64,000 nt of DNA. Origin: an uncultured Bacteroidota bacterium. GTDB lineage: Bacteria; Bacteroidota; Bacteroidia; Bacteroidales; F082. This document shows, piece by piece, positions 31,614 to 41,328 of this stretch; position 1 is the stretch's first letter; the number at the start of each line of letters is the position of its first letter. Position numbers and translations under genes: made by a program. The notes beneath the pieces are model-generated. The model worked only from the letters and a program-made list of their open reading frames with translations, searched no databases and had not been told where the DNA came from. Location: contig CAJVXP010000002.1 of assembly GCA_913009685.1 (NCBI GenBank), positions 50,172 through 114,171 on the forward strand. The letters run 5' to 3'.

Positions 31614-32345
31614 ATGCTCATTCACGAGAACATGAAACTGGCCGATGTGATTCAACACGACCACACGCTGGTTCCTATCATAAACCGCTTTGGCATCCAT
31701 CTCGGTTTTGGTAACGACAACATTGCCGAAATCTGCCAAAAACATCATCTCAACATCGATTTTTTCCTGACCATTTTAAATGCTTTTCACGACATACACT
31801 ATTTCCCAAAAGAGCAGCTTCAACGTTTTCCGGCGGCCATGCTTATCGATTACCTGCAAAAGGCACACCGTTATTTTCTTGACGATAAAATTCCTGAAAT
31901 TTCGGCACTAATGGATAAAATGGCAGAAGAATATCCTTTAGATGAAACAACCTTCCGGCTTATCCGGAACTTTTTCACCGAATACGCACAGGAACTCAAA
32001 AAACACATACAGCGGGAAGAAGAAAAAATCTATCCCTATGTCCTTTATTTAGAGAAAGTGTTTTTGGATGGCAGTATAGATGAATACCTCAGGAATCAAA
32101 TCAGGAGTTATCCTATTTCTGAGTATGAATCCGAACACGAGAATATGGAAGAAAAACTCTTCGATCTTAAAAATATCCTCATTAAATACCTCCCTGAACC
32201 AAGGAAAGACGAGCTTGGCTATCAGATTTTGAGAGAGTTGTTTACGCTTGAAAAGGAGATGAACGAACATGCCCGCATCGAGAATTTAATTTTGATTCCG
32301 AAAGTCAAAGCCATGGAAAAAATACTGAAAAACAAAGAAATCTAA
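31614..32345 (+). CDS. Hemerythrin-domain (Ric/ScdA-like) di-iron protein
   Basis: ScdA_N-like RFGIHLGFG..IAEIC; ligand motifs HRYF, HIQREE, EH, HARIEN; TATCTTTG box at 31581-31588. Confidence 0.85.
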   Translation: MLIHENMKLADVIQHDHTLVPIINRFGIHLGFGNDNIAEICQKHHLNIDFFLTILNAFHDIHYFPKEQLQRFPAAMLIDYLQKAHRYFLDDKIPEISALMDKMAEEYPLDETTFRLIRNFFTEYAQELKKHIQREEEKIYPYVLYLEKVFLDGSIDEYLRNQIRSYPISEYESEHENMEEKLFDLKNILIKYLPEPRKDELGYQILRELFTLEKEMNEHARIENLILIPKVKAMEKILKNKEI

Positions 32346-32346
32346 A

Positions 32347-32952
32347 ATGGCCGATATTAAAAGCATGATTATCATTGAGAAGCACTACCTGCTACAAGCC
32401 GGCACGGAAGCCCTGATACAGGAGATTCCGGGCATCATGCATGTAAAATCCTATTCTGGAGATGAACCTCATTTGACCGCCATCATTTTAAAACATAAGC
32501 CCGATTTGCTTATCATAAATCCTTTCTCACTCTCTCCGGAGAATGCTGCCTTACCTCGTAAGATACATTCTAAACAAAACACAAATCTTATTGCCCTGAT
32601 ACGAAAAGAAGAGAGAAACCAGCTCTCTTTCGATTATTCGGAGATATTTTATTATGAAGACAGCAAATATGTGTTGGAGAAAAAGCTACGAAACAAAATC
32701 GGAAGTCAGAAAAACGAAGAAACAAACCATAAGGAACTCAGCCAGCGAGAGTTGACCATCCTAAAGCAAATTGTTCTGGGGTTGACTCATCAGGAAATAG
32801 CAGACAAGCTGTTTCTGAGTGTCCATACCGTAAACACACACCGCAAACACATCAACAAAAAACTGGGCATTAAAACGGTATCAGGACTTAGTGTGTATGC
32901 CATTATGAACCACATCGTAAAACTGGAAGAGCTGGCCAACAACGCCCGTTGA
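32347..32952 (+). CDS. LuxR-family regulator with a degenerate (pseudo-)receiver domain
   Basis: C-terminal LSQRELTIL...GLTHQEIADKLFLSVHTVNTHRKHINKKLG; PDLLIIN has Asn at the phospho-Asp position. Confidence 0.88.
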   Translation: MADIKSMIIIEKHYLLQAGTEALIQEIPGIMHVKSYSGDEPHLTAIILKHKPDLLIINPFSLSPENAALPRKIHSKQNTNLIALIRKEERNQLSFDYSEIFYYEDSKYVLEKKLRNKIGSQKNEETNHKELSQRELTILKQIVLGLTHQEIADKLFLSVHTVNTHRKHINKKLGIKTVSGLSVYAIMNHIVKLEELANNAR

Positions 32953-33081
32953 GCCTCTGGCACAGCCATCCGCCGGCGCCGGAGGTGAACATTATTCCAT
33001 AAAAAATCTCTCCCAAACCGTTTGTACAGAAAAGAAAAACATTATTTTTGCCGTAGTTATTTATACTAAATCTAAATTACA

Positions 33082-33585
33082 ATGAAGACAATCGGACTTT
33101 TTTACGGATCAACATACGGCATGACGGAAAAGATTGCCGAAAAAATAAAAATAGCTTTTGGAAAACACAAAGTTGTCCTTTACAACGTGAAAGACGCTCC
33201 CCAAGAGGCTTTGAAAGAATATGATTATCTGATCTTCGGCACCTCCGCATGGGGTATTGGCGAAATGCAGGATGACTGGGAACGCTGGATTTTCGAATTG
33301 GAAGATATTGACTTTTCGGGGAAGAAGGTGGCCCTTTTCGGGCTGGGAGATCAAAAGGAGTATCCGGAAAGCTTTGTTGATGGGTTGGGAACCCTTTATT
33401 GCCGCCTGCCCGACAAATCGGTTGTAGTGGGAGAATGGCCCACAGTTGGTTATAAATATTATTTTTCCCTTGCCGACAAGGACGGAAAATTTGTAGGGTT
33501 AGTTTTGGACGAAAACAACCAACAGGAAAAAAGCGATGAGCGCATCCGTAAATGGGTAATGCAGTTGGAAAAAGAATTTGTTTAG
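33082..33585 (+). CDS. fldA: Long-chain flavodoxin
   Basis: FYGSTYGMTEKIA, GTSAWGIGE, VALFGLGDQ..YPESFVD. Confidence 0.92.
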   Translation: MKTIGLFYGSTYGMTEKIAEKIKIAFGKHKVVLYNVKDAPQEALKEYDYLIFGTSAWGIGEMQDDWERWIFELEDIDFSGKKVALFGLGDQKEYPESFVDGLGTLYCRLPDKSVVVGEWPTVGYKYYFSLADKDGKFVGLVLDENNQQEKSDERIRKWVMQLEKEFV

Positions 33586-33604
33586 TCCACAAAAAGCGCT
33601 TGTG

Positions 33605-34069
33605 TTAAAAAAGCATCATTCCTGAAATTCTTTTTCGTTTTCCCGTATTCCGGCTACACATGAAGAGGTATTGCCAACCCATCACTGCCGTAACGGCCAA
33701 TACGGAAAGCAGCACATGCGATTCGGACAAAAACTGCAAAAGACGATTTTCAAAATGAAACAAACTACTATCCAGAAACTGAAAGCTGAAAATTCCGGTT
33801 AGCTTTTGTATCACGGCAGGTGTAGATCCTGCATCGGGAAACAGAAAAACAGATGCCAATAGAATAGCAGCAACAGCCAAACCGATGACCATCCAGGCAA
33901 CTTTTGAAATAACCGGCTTATAAACAAATCCGGAAGCTTCCTCCTGATTTATTCTTTGCATAAGATGTCGCGTAAAATCCGCCGGTGCATGTTCCGCGCC
34001 AACAGACGAAAACAAGCTGTCCAATTGTTTGTCCATCTCTGTTTCTGAAATATTTTCCTGATGTTTCAT
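33605..34069 (-). CDS. Membrane protein, probable anti-sigma factor
   Basis: Overlaps the sigma-factor stop by 4 nt; N-terminal APADFTRHLMQRI helix followed by two hydrophobic segments. Confidence 0.65.
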   Translation of the reverse strand: MKHQENISETEMDKQLDSLFSSVGAEHAPADFTRHLMQRINQEEASGFVYKPVISKVAWMVIGLAVAAILLASVFLFPDAGSTPAVIQKLTGIFSFQFLDSSLFHFENRLLQFLSESHVLLSVLAVTAVMGWQYLFMCSRNTGKRKRISGMMLF

Positions 34070-34662
34070 CTTTTGTTTTCTCCTTTCAGGGAAGGCATCT
34101 CCCCACTTAAACGCAAAAGTTTGTCATATAGTTTTTTCCGTACCCGGAATAATTTAGTTTTCACATTAGAAATACCCCAACCGGTGATGGCTGAAATTTC
34201 CTCCACCGGTAGTCTCTCAAAATAGTAAAGCACGACAAGGAGACGATCCGTTTCCGAAAGTTCACCAATAGCACCATGCAACCGGCGGTATTGTTCTTCG
34301 CGTTCGTGCCACGGCATTTCATCCGCCTCCGTTTTCTCAGTCAAATGCTGTTCGTCCCACCCATCAGCCACGGGAAGCGTGGTTTTTCGCTTCCGCAACC
34401 GGGTGATACACTCATTGTATGCAATGCGGTAGAGCCAGGTGGAAAATTTGGCATCCTGCCGAAACCCGGACAAATTGCGAAACGCTTTTACAAAAGCATC
34501 CTGTGCCGCATCTTCCGCCTCTTCACGCTGCTTCAACAGGCTGAATGACAAGGTATAGACAAAATCTTTATAACGGTCGGCAAGATAACCAAAGGCACGG
34601 GTATCACCCTGCAATACTGCCTGCACCCATTGCAAATCTTCCCTGTTTCGCTCTTTCCCCAT
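34066..34662 (-). CDS. ECF sigma-70 factor
   Basis: AEDAAQDAFVKAF, KFSTWLYRIAYN (region 2); EEISAITG..SNVKTKLFRVRKKL (region 4). Confidence 0.93.
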   Translation of the reverse strand: MGKERNREDLQWVQAVLQGDTRAFGYLADRYKDFVYTLSFSLLKQREEAEDAAQDAFVKAFRNLSGFRQDAKFSTWLYRIAYNECITRLRKRKTTLPVADGWDEQHLTEKTEADEMPWHEREEQYRRLHGAIGELSETDRLLVVLYYFERLPVEEISAITGWGISNVKTKLFRVRKKLYDKLLRLSGEMPSLKGENKR

Positions 34663-34670
34663 TGTGAATT

Positions 34671-34697
34671 TGACGCCGGAACTCTTTTCGGGTTACA
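34671..34697 (-). promoter_or_regulatory. ECF-type promoter of the sigma gene, probably leaderless
   Basis: TGTAAC-N16-CGTCA on the minus strand; -10 ends 8 nt before the ATG. Confidence 0.7.
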
Positions 34698-34749
34698 ACT
34701 TTAATAAAATAATTTCCATGCTGTCAATGGTAAAAATAGCGCATTCGGC

Positions 34750-34776
34750 TGTAACCGGATTGACAATTTTGCGTCA
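34750..34776 (+). promoter_or_regulatory. ECF-type promoter of the DUF6249-like gene
   Basis: TGTAAC-N16-CGTCA, identical boxes and spacing to the divergent promoter. Confidence 0.7.
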
Positions 34777-34818
34777 TAGAGGCAAACAAACAAGATTATT
34801 CATTTAAAATTTACCAAA

Positions 34819-35169
34819 ATGGCTGATAATATTTTAGTTCCCCTTATCGTTTTCGCAACAATCTTCGGCATTGTTTACGTTTTTCTCACCACCCGCAACA
34901 AGGAGCGTCTTTCACTCATCGAGAAAGGTGCTGACGCCTCCCTGTTCAACAGCAACCGTAAATTCTTCTGGAAAAACTTCACGTTATCTTCCGGCATGTT
35001 ACTGGTGGGCATAGGCATAGGCATTATGATTGGCGCTTTACTTTCAAAAAGTATCCCGCTTGAAGAAAGCATTGCCTATCCCATGAGCATTTTCACTTTC
35101 GCCGGGCTTAGCCTTATCATCTATTATTTCGTTGCACGAAAGATGGATAAAACAGACAAAGAGCAGTAG
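34819..35169 (+). CDS. Small membrane protein, DUF6249-like
   Basis: TM-RNKERLSLIEKG-TM-TM; commonly divergent from ECF/anti-sigma pairs in Bacteroidota. Confidence 0.75.
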   Translation: MADNILVPLIVFATIFGIVYVFLTTRNKERLSLIEKGADASLFNSNRKFFWKNFTLSSGMLLVGIGIGIMIGALLSKSIPLEESIAYPMSIFTFAGLSLIIYYFVARKMDKTDKEQ

Positions 35170-35191
35170 CTGGGTTGCAAGCATACCGAAG

Positions 35192-35223
35192 AGCCGGGCA
35201 GATATAATCTTCCCGGCTTTTTT
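35192..35223 (+). terminator. Rho-independent terminator
   Basis: AGCCGGG...CCCGGCT followed by a T run. Confidence 0.7.
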
Positions 35224-35272
35224 CATTCCCGCATCTGCCTATTTTCATACTTTTGCAAACAAATTTACAACC

Positions 35273-36121
35273 ATGATACCAAACTTCATTGTGTGGAATG
35301 TCAGTCCCGATATCTTTACCCTTTCAAAATCGATTCCTCTTATCGGCGGTTTTTCTTTGCGCTGGTACGGTTTGCTGTTTGCGCTGGCTTTTGTAGCAGG
35401 CTATCTGATTATTCTCAAGATTTTCAAAAAAGAAAATATAGGTGAAAAAGAAACGGACACTTTGTTCACTTATATGTTTGTGTTCACTTTAGTTGGTGCA
35501 CGGCTGGGGCATGTTTTCTTTTACGAACCCCACTATTTCCTTGCCCATCCCTTGCAGATTCTCGAAGTATGGCATGGCGGGCTGGCCAGTCACGGAGCAG
35601 CTATTGGCATTTTGCTGGGATTATATATTTTCTCAAGAACACAACATCGTTCCTACGTTTGGGTACTCGACCGGGTAGCTATTGTAGTTCCGTTAGCAGG
35701 TTTTTTTATCAGGATGGGGAACCTCATGAACTCTGAGATTATCGGCAAAGCCACTACCCTGCCCTGGGGTTTTGTCTTCAAACGTGCATTTGAACCACAA
35801 TACGCCATTGGAGCACATCATCCTACGCAAATTTATGAAGGGCTGGCATACCTGCTCATCTTCTTTTTCTTATACCGGTATTACTGGCGCCATACTGAAA
35901 ACCTTAAACCCGGAAAACTCTTTGGCTTTTTTATGTTGTTGATTTTTTCGGCTCGTTTTCTCATCGAATTCCTCAAAGAGCCTCAGGAGCCGTGGGAACA
36001 ACACATGTTACTGGATATGGGACAATTACTAAGTATTCCTCTGATTATTCTGGGTGTCATCATGTTGATATGGTCGGGCAAACAAAAAGCCCGGAACGTT
36101 GATGAGCCCCGGGCTATTTGA
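35273..36121 (+). CDS. lgt: Prolipoprotein diacylglyceryl transferase
   Basis: LRWYGL, GARLGHV, GGLASHG, RMGNLMNSEI.G, HPTQIYE, RFLIEF, MGQLLS; TACTTTTG box at 35248-35255. Confidence 0.95.
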   Translation: MIPNFIVWNVSPDIFTLSKSIPLIGGFSLRWYGLLFALAFVAGYLIILKIFKKENIGEKETDTLFTYMFVFTLVGARLGHVFFYEPHYFLAHPLQILEVWHGGLASHGAAIGILLGLYIFSRTQHRSYVWVLDRVAIVVPLAGFFIRMGNLMNSEIIGKATTLPWGFVFKRAFEPQYAIGAHHPTQIYEGLAYLLIFFFLYRYYWRHTENLKPGKLFGFFMLLIFSARFLIEFLKEPQEPWEQHMLLDMGQLLSIPLIILGVIMLIWSGKQKARNVDEPRAI

Positions 36122-36138
36122 ATCTTTCTTTACCATCT

Positions 36139-39100
36139 CTATTTTATCGTTCCCTCCATTAGCTTAAGCTGGTCGTAAAACCCCGTCTTGAATTTCTTCG
36201 ACAGAGCATCCTGATGGTAATTTTTGGTAAGGCCCGAAAGCTGCTGAAGAGCTGTCAAAGCCTCCCTGATATTGTTGTTGTAATACGCAACAAACCGGTC
36301 GTTCAGGCTGTTGTAGTAACGCAGGTCGTCCATGTAACGATTGTAAATCTCCGTGGCAACCTTGTTTCCTTTTTTAAAAGCACCTGACTGATAATACAAC
36401 AAAGCCCATTGGATAGTGTAATAGTTAAAAGGGAATTTACTGTTTGGGAAGAAATAGATTCCTCTATCGAGTACATTAACAGCAGAGTCGTATTTGTGCA
36501 GATGTACCATTGCCTGCGCCAGGCGGATATAAGATTGTCTGGCAATAAAGGAGTTCCTGAAACTTTCGCGGTCCACATGCACATCCGGCATGTTCAACCG
36601 CCCCCAACGTGCTTTTTTGCTCATAAGAATCCGGTAAGAATCTCCGGGGTCAACACCGCCAACCCCTTTGATATAGTCCATGGCCGGAATAGGTGTAAAC
36701 TGGTAAACCAAGCCTCTCATGTGACTATATTTTTCCACATTAAACACCTTACTCACACTAGAGGGATTGGCAAAACAAATTGGTCTTTTCCAGTGGTTGT
36801 TGGCAATTAAATCCAGCAACATCACATCGCTGCGGTACAGATAACCCTGTGTAACCGTCCATCGAATCTCTTTCACAATTTTCCCTGCATTTTTGAGAGA
36901 TACCGTACCTGAATTCACGACAGACGCAGAGTCCACTTTCAATATCAGGTCTTTGCTCGGAAGATAATCGATTCTATCACCAGATTGCATGGACACTTTG
37001 GTGCCCGGATTGTCACTCCTAATGAAATCAACAGCATCCTTTAGGGAAACAGCCCCTTTAATTGCGGAATAGACCGGGATATAATTCATCAGTCCCCGAT
37101 CATATTTCTCCGAAGGAATTGACAACGGCAGCGGTGCGGAATTATATTCCTGCTTGAACATTTGGTCAACATACCACGCCCCACCGGCCAGCATATAGTT
37201 CACCACCCGCACATCCGTACGGATACCTTCCACCTCCTGGGCATACCAAAGCGGGAAAGTATCATTGTCGCCGTTAGTAAACAAAATAGCGTTGGGCGGA
37301 CAACTTTCGAGATACATAACCGCAAAATCACGTGCCGAATATTTGCCCGAACGGTCGTGCGAAGGCCACTCTTCTTTAGCCATATTGGCCGGCACCAAAA
37401 CCAGACTGAGCACTATAACCACCGCTGCAGCAATCTCTTTCTTTCCAAAATATTTTTTAACACTTTCGTAAAGTGACAACACCCCGAAACCTATCCAGAT
37501 GGCGAAAGCATAAAACGAACCCACGTAAGCATAATCCCGCTCACGGGGTTGCATCGGCGTCTGGTTCAGGTAAATAATAATGGCAACGCCCGTCATAAGA
37601 AAGAGCATCCATATCACCCAGGTATCTTTTTTACTCTTGGAAAGCAGAAAGAAAAAACCGAGAAGACCAAGTATCAGTGGCAGGAAATAGAGCCTTGCCC
37701 GGGCCGGATTTTTCATGCTTGCAGGCAGATGTGCCTGATCGCCAAGACGCATTTTATCGATAAAATTGATTCCGCTGATCCAGTTTCCGTGGTTGATCTC
37801 CCCCTGTCCTTCGATATTATTTTGTCGTCCCACAAAGTTCCACATAAAATAGCGGATATACATGTGGTCGAACTGATAGGTAAAGAAAAATTTCAGATTA
37901 GTGGCAAAACCCGGTTTAATGAGGACTTTGGTCTTCCCGTTACCTATATCCACCCTTATGGGGGTCCCTCCGGTACCTCCGTAAGCCTGGCTTTTGTAAA
38001 TTCTGATATGACTGGGTTTCTGGTTGCTCCACATGCGGGGAAAAATGGTTTCAAAACGAGGATCGTAAACCGGAATGGTTTGTTTTCTATCATCAATAAC
38101 CACATATTTTCCCTTTTTATCATCTCTTTTGTAAACGGGAGTTCCGTTTTCACGGCCGATTACAGGTGCATCATAATACTGTCCGTAAAGCAGCGGCCAC
38201 GTTCCGTATTGTTGACGGTTAAGATAAGCTAACAGATCAACGGCGTTTTTCGGATCATCTTCATTAATAGGCGTATCTGCATTAGAGCGGATAACCAACA
38301 TCAGAAAAGAAGAATAGCCAATCAACACAAAAGTAAGCGCCAGCAGAATGGTATTGTAAACCACTTTCCCATTTCTTTGGGTATAATAAATTCCGTAAGC
38401 GAGAAGACCAATCAAAGCAAGAAAATAGATCACCGTGCCGACGTTGAAAGGCAAACCCAAATTATTTACACAGAAAAGCTCAAACTTCCCGGCAAAATTA
38501 ACCACCTGAGGAATAATGATATACATAATAATAGCAAGAATACCTATAGCCATAATTCCTGCCCCGATAAATCCTTTCCAGGAAAATTTGTATTTTTTAA
38601 AATAATAAACATAAACAATGGCCGGAATAGTCAGCAGGTTCAGCAAATGCACACCGATGGCGAGACCACTAAGGTAAGCAATCAACAAAATCCATCGAAA
38701 TCCGCTGCGTTCGTCGGCTACCTCTTCCCAACGCAGGATAGCCCAGAATGTTATAGCCGTAAAAAAAGAAGACATTGCATAAACCTCCGACTCCACCGCA
38801 GAGAACCAAAACGAATCGCTAAAAGTATAAGCCAAAGAGCCTACCATACCGGCGCCAAGAATAGCCCACATTTGACCTTTGGTCAGTTCATCACCCGTTT
38901 TTTTGATATAAATTTTTTTGGCAAACAGCGTAATGGTCCAGAAAAGAAACAGAATAGTGAAAGCGCTGGCCAACGCCGACATAATATTAATCATCATGGC
39001 CACATGTGCCACATTACCAAAGGAAAACAGTGAAAAGAACCGGCCCATCATCTGGAACAGTGGCGCTCCGGGAGGATGACCCACTTGTAATTTGAAAGAG

Positions 39101-39225
39101 GTAGCGATATATTCACCCGGATCCCACCAGCTTGCCGTAGGCTCGATGGTGGAGAGATAGACAAAGGCAGCAATAACAAAAACACCCCATCCAACCCGGT
39201 TATTCAGTTTCTTAAATTTGTTCAT
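36139..39225 (-). CDS. DUF2723 family GT-C-fold membrane protein (TMEM260-like)
   Basis: SWWDPGEY, HPPGAP, FWFSAVESEVYA, GVHLLNLL, RERDY, FTNGDNDTFPLWYAQEVEG; many TM segments. Confidence 0.85.
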   Translation of the reverse strand: MNKFKKLNNRVGWGVFVIAAFVYLSTIEPTASWWDPGEYIATSFKLQVGHPPGAPLFQMMGRFFSLFSFGNVAHVAMMINIMSALASAFTILFLFWTITLFAKKIYIKKTGDELTKGQMWAILGAGMVGSLAYTFSDSFWFSAVESEVYAMSSFFTAITFWAILRWEEVADERSGFRWILLIAYLSGLAIGVHLLNLLTIPAIVYVYYFKKYKFSWKGFIGAGIMAIGILAIIMYIIIPQVVNFAGKFELFCVNNLGLPFNVGTVIYFLALIGLLAYGIYYTQRNGKVVYNTILLALTFVLIGYSSFLMLVIRSNADTPINEDDPKNAVDLLAYLNRQQYGTWPLLYGQYYDAPVIGRENGTPVYKRDDKKGKYVVIDDRKQTIPVYDPRFETIFPRMWSNQKPSHIRIYKSQAYGGTGGTPIRVDIGNGKTKVLIKPGFATNLKFFFTYQFDHMYIRYFMWNFVGRQNNIEGQGEINHGNWISGINFIDKMRLGDQAHLPASMKNPARARLYFLPLILGLLGFFFLLSKSKKDTWVIWMLFLMTGVAIIIYLNQTPMQPRERDYAYVGSFYAFAIWIGFGVLSLYESVKKYFGKKEIAAAVVIVLSLVLVPANMAKEEWPSHDRSGKYSARDFAVMYLESCPPNAILFTNGDNDTFPLWYAQEVEGIRTDVRVVNYMLAGGAWYVDQMFKQEYNSAPLPLSIPSEKYDRGLMNYIPVYSAIKGAVSLKDAVDFIRSDNPGTKVSMQSGDRIDYLPSKDLILKVDSASVVNSGTVSLKNAGKIVKEIRWTVTQGYLYRSDVMLLDLIANNHWKRPICFANPSSVSKVFNVEKYSHMRGLVYQFTPIPAMDYIKGVGGVDPGDSYRILMSKKARWGRLNMPDVHVDRESFRNSFIARQSYIRLAQAMVHLHKYDSAVNVLDRGIYFFPNSKFPFNYYTIQWALLYYQSGAFKKGNKVATEIYNRYMDDLRYYNSLNDRFVAYYNNNIREALTALQQLSGLTKNYHQDALSKKFKTGFYDQLKLMEGTIK

Positions 39226-39406
39226 CAATGTAGATTTTGAAAATGAATCAGGCTGCGAATTTAGGAAATTTAACCCATGCGCTGAAATTTTAAGAAATTT
39301 TAAAGTTCAAGGTCAGGCTACCACCAACCAAAAACAGGAACAAATTTGTCATATTTAATATGGTAAAATATTATTAGCCAACAACTGCAAGAATTAAAAA
39401 AAATAG

Positions 39407-39414
39407 TACATTTG
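39407..39414 (+). promoter_or_regulatory. Sigma-A -7 box of the tRNA-rimP-nusA-infB operon
   Basis: TACATTTG 9 nt before the tRNA. Confidence 0.65.
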
Positions 39415-39423
39415 CACCCCGAT

Positions 39424-39494
39424 TGTCCGATGGTGTAATGGCAGCACTGCAGATTTTGGTTCTGCCGGTTCAGGTTCGAATCCTGGTCGGACAA
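39424..39494 (+). tRNA. tRNA-Gln(TTG)
   Basis: Acceptor TGTCCGA/TCGGACA, anticodon arm GCAGA-ttTTGgt-TCTGC, T arm CAGG-TTCGAAT-CCTG; CCA not encoded. Confidence 0.95.
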
Positions 39495-39518
39495 CAGAGG
39501 TTAAGCGAGAATGATTTG

Positions 39519-39543
39519 GAGGGGACGGATGTCCCCTCTTTTA
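39519..39543 (+). promoter_or_regulatory. rimP leader hairpin (terminator/attenuator-like)
   Basis: GAGGGGAC-ggat-GTCCCCTC-TTTT directly before the rimP start. Confidence 0.65.
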
Positions 39544-39549
39544 TTGAAA

Positions 39550-40011
39550 ATGATTAGTGAGAAACAAATAAAAAAGTGGGCTGAAGAACAGCTCGAAGGT
39601 ACTGACCGTTTCGTGGTACACGTGAAGGTAAGTCCCGAAAATGCCATTCATATTATTATGGACAGCGATTCGGGTGTCAGTATTGAACACTGTATTGCCC
39701 TGAACCGGTATATCGAGCATCAGCTCAACCGTGATGAAGAAGACTTTGAGTTGAAAGTTCTTTCATCGGGACTGGAATTTCCTTTTTCCACGCTGCGCCA
39801 GTACAAAAAATATATTGGAAAGCGTATTCAGCTAAAGCTGGAAAACGGTACCGAAAAGAAAGGTGTTTTACAGGCGGTAAACAGCGAATACATTGTTTTA
39901 CAGGAAGAAACCGAAAAGAAATATAAAAAAACCATTAAAAGGGTAACAGGTGAAAGTATTCGTATTTCAATGGATGAGATTAAACAAGCTAAAGCGGTTA
40001 TAGAATTTTAA
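39550..40011 (+). CDS. rimP: Ribosome maturation factor RimP
   Basis: DSDSGVSIEHC, FELKVLSSGL, RQYKKYIG; first gene before nusA. Confidence 0.9.
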   Translation: MISEKQIKKWAEEQLEGTDRFVVHVKVSPENAIHIIMDSDSGVSIEHCIALNRYIEHQLNRDEEDFELKVLSSGLEFPFSTLRQYKKYIGKRIQLKLENGTEKKGVLQAVNSEYIVLQEETEKKYKKTIKRVTGESIRISMDEIKQAKAVIEF

Positions 40012-40030
40012 TTGAAAAAAACAGAAAGAA

Positions 40031-41266
40031 ATGGATAACATAAACTTGGTCGAGAATTTCTCGGAATTCAAAGAGTTCAAAAACATCGACAGGGAAACCA
40101 TGATGCGCATCATCGAAGATGTGTTCCACAGTATGCTTGAAAAAAAATATGGTGAAGATAGTAACTTTGATGTAATTGTAAACATCGATCGCGGCGATTT
40201 GGAAATCTGGCATAACCGTGAAATCGTTGAAGATGGCGAGGTGGAAAATCCCAACACACAGATTGCTTTTTCGGACGCCATCAAAATCGAACCTGACTTC
40301 GAGGTTGGTGAAGAGGTTTCCGAGCAAATCTTTCTTTCCGATTTTGGCCGCAGAGAGATCCTCAATGTTCGTCAAAACCTGGTGGCCCGCGTTATGGATT
40401 ACGAAAAAGACAATATCTACAAGAAATACAAAGAGAAAGTAGGTGACGTGCTTACCGGAGAAGTATACCAGATATGGAAAAAGGAAATTCTCCTGTTGGA
40501 TGACGAAAACATTGAGTTAATTCTGCCCAAATCGGAACAAATCCCCTCCGACTATTTTAAAAAAGGAGATAATATCCGTGCCGTGGTTTCAAAAGTAGAC
40601 ATGCGAAACAGCAATCCGGTTATTATCCTGTCGCGGACTTCACCGGTTTTCCTGGAACGGTTGTTTGAAGCAGAGGTTCCGGAAATTTACGATGGTCTGA
40701 TTACCATTAAAAAGATTGTACGTGTCCCCGGCGAAAGAGCCAAGGTTGCCGTAGAGTCTTATGATGACCGCATTGATCCGGTTGGTGCCTGTGTGGGCAT
40801 GAAGGGCTCCCGTATCCACGGTATCGTCCGCGAATTACGTAACGAAAACATCGATGTAATCAACTACACCACCAACGAAAGTCTTTTTATTCAGAGGGCT
40901 CTTTCCCCGGCCAAAATCACTTCAATACATTTGGACGAAGAAAATCATCGTGCCGATGTCTATATGAAATCCGATCAGGTTTCGCTCGCTATTGGAAAAG
41001 GAGGTTTCAATATCCGGCTTGCCGGACAACTTACCGGATATGAAATTGATGTCTATCGCGATTCGGATACCGACTCGGAAGATGTAAAACTACAGGAGTT
41101 CTCAGACGAAATTGACCAGTGGATTATTGATGAATTAAAAAATATCGGTTGCGACACGGCAAAAAGCGTACTGGAGCTGGATGTCCATGAGCTTGTTAAC
41201 CGTACCGACCTCGAAGAAGAAACTATTCGGGAAGTTATTCGTATTCTTAAGGCTGAGTTTGAATAA
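40031..41266 (+). CDS. nusA: Transcription termination factor NusA
   Basis: EVPEIYDG, RVPGERAKVAV, DPVGACVGMKGSRI, LAIGKGGFNIRLA. Confidence 0.97.
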   Translation: MDNINLVENFSEFKEFKNIDRETMMRIIEDVFHSMLEKKYGEDSNFDVIVNIDRGDLEIWHNREIVEDGEVENPNTQIAFSDAIKIEPDFEVGEEVSEQIFLSDFGRREILNVRQNLVARVMDYEKDNIYKKYKEKVGDVLTGEVYQIWKKEILLLDDENIELILPKSEQIPSDYFKKGDNIRAVVSKVDMRNSNPVIILSRTSPVFLERLFEAEVPEIYDGLITIKKIVRVPGERAKVAVESYDDRIDPVGACVGMKGSRIHGIVRELRNENIDVINYTTNESLFIQRALSPAKITSIHLDEENHRADVYMKSDQVSLAIGKGGFNIRLAGQLTGYEIDVYRDSDTDSEDVKLQEFSDEIDQWIIDELKNIGCDTAKSVLELDVHELVNRTDLEEETIREVIRILKAEFE

Positions 41267-41328
41267 TCCCCCTGTAAGTGGGAAAAAATGTATTTCAGGA
41301 TTAAAAAAAGATAAAAAAGCAAAACTAT

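Noticed and set aside
36084-36115. Hairpin inside the 3' end of lgt
   Set aside because: Explained as the terminator of the convergent DUF2723 gene
39424-39494. tRNA-Gln as an integration site
   Set aside because: No integrase and no duplicated tRNA 3' end seen; rimP follows directly
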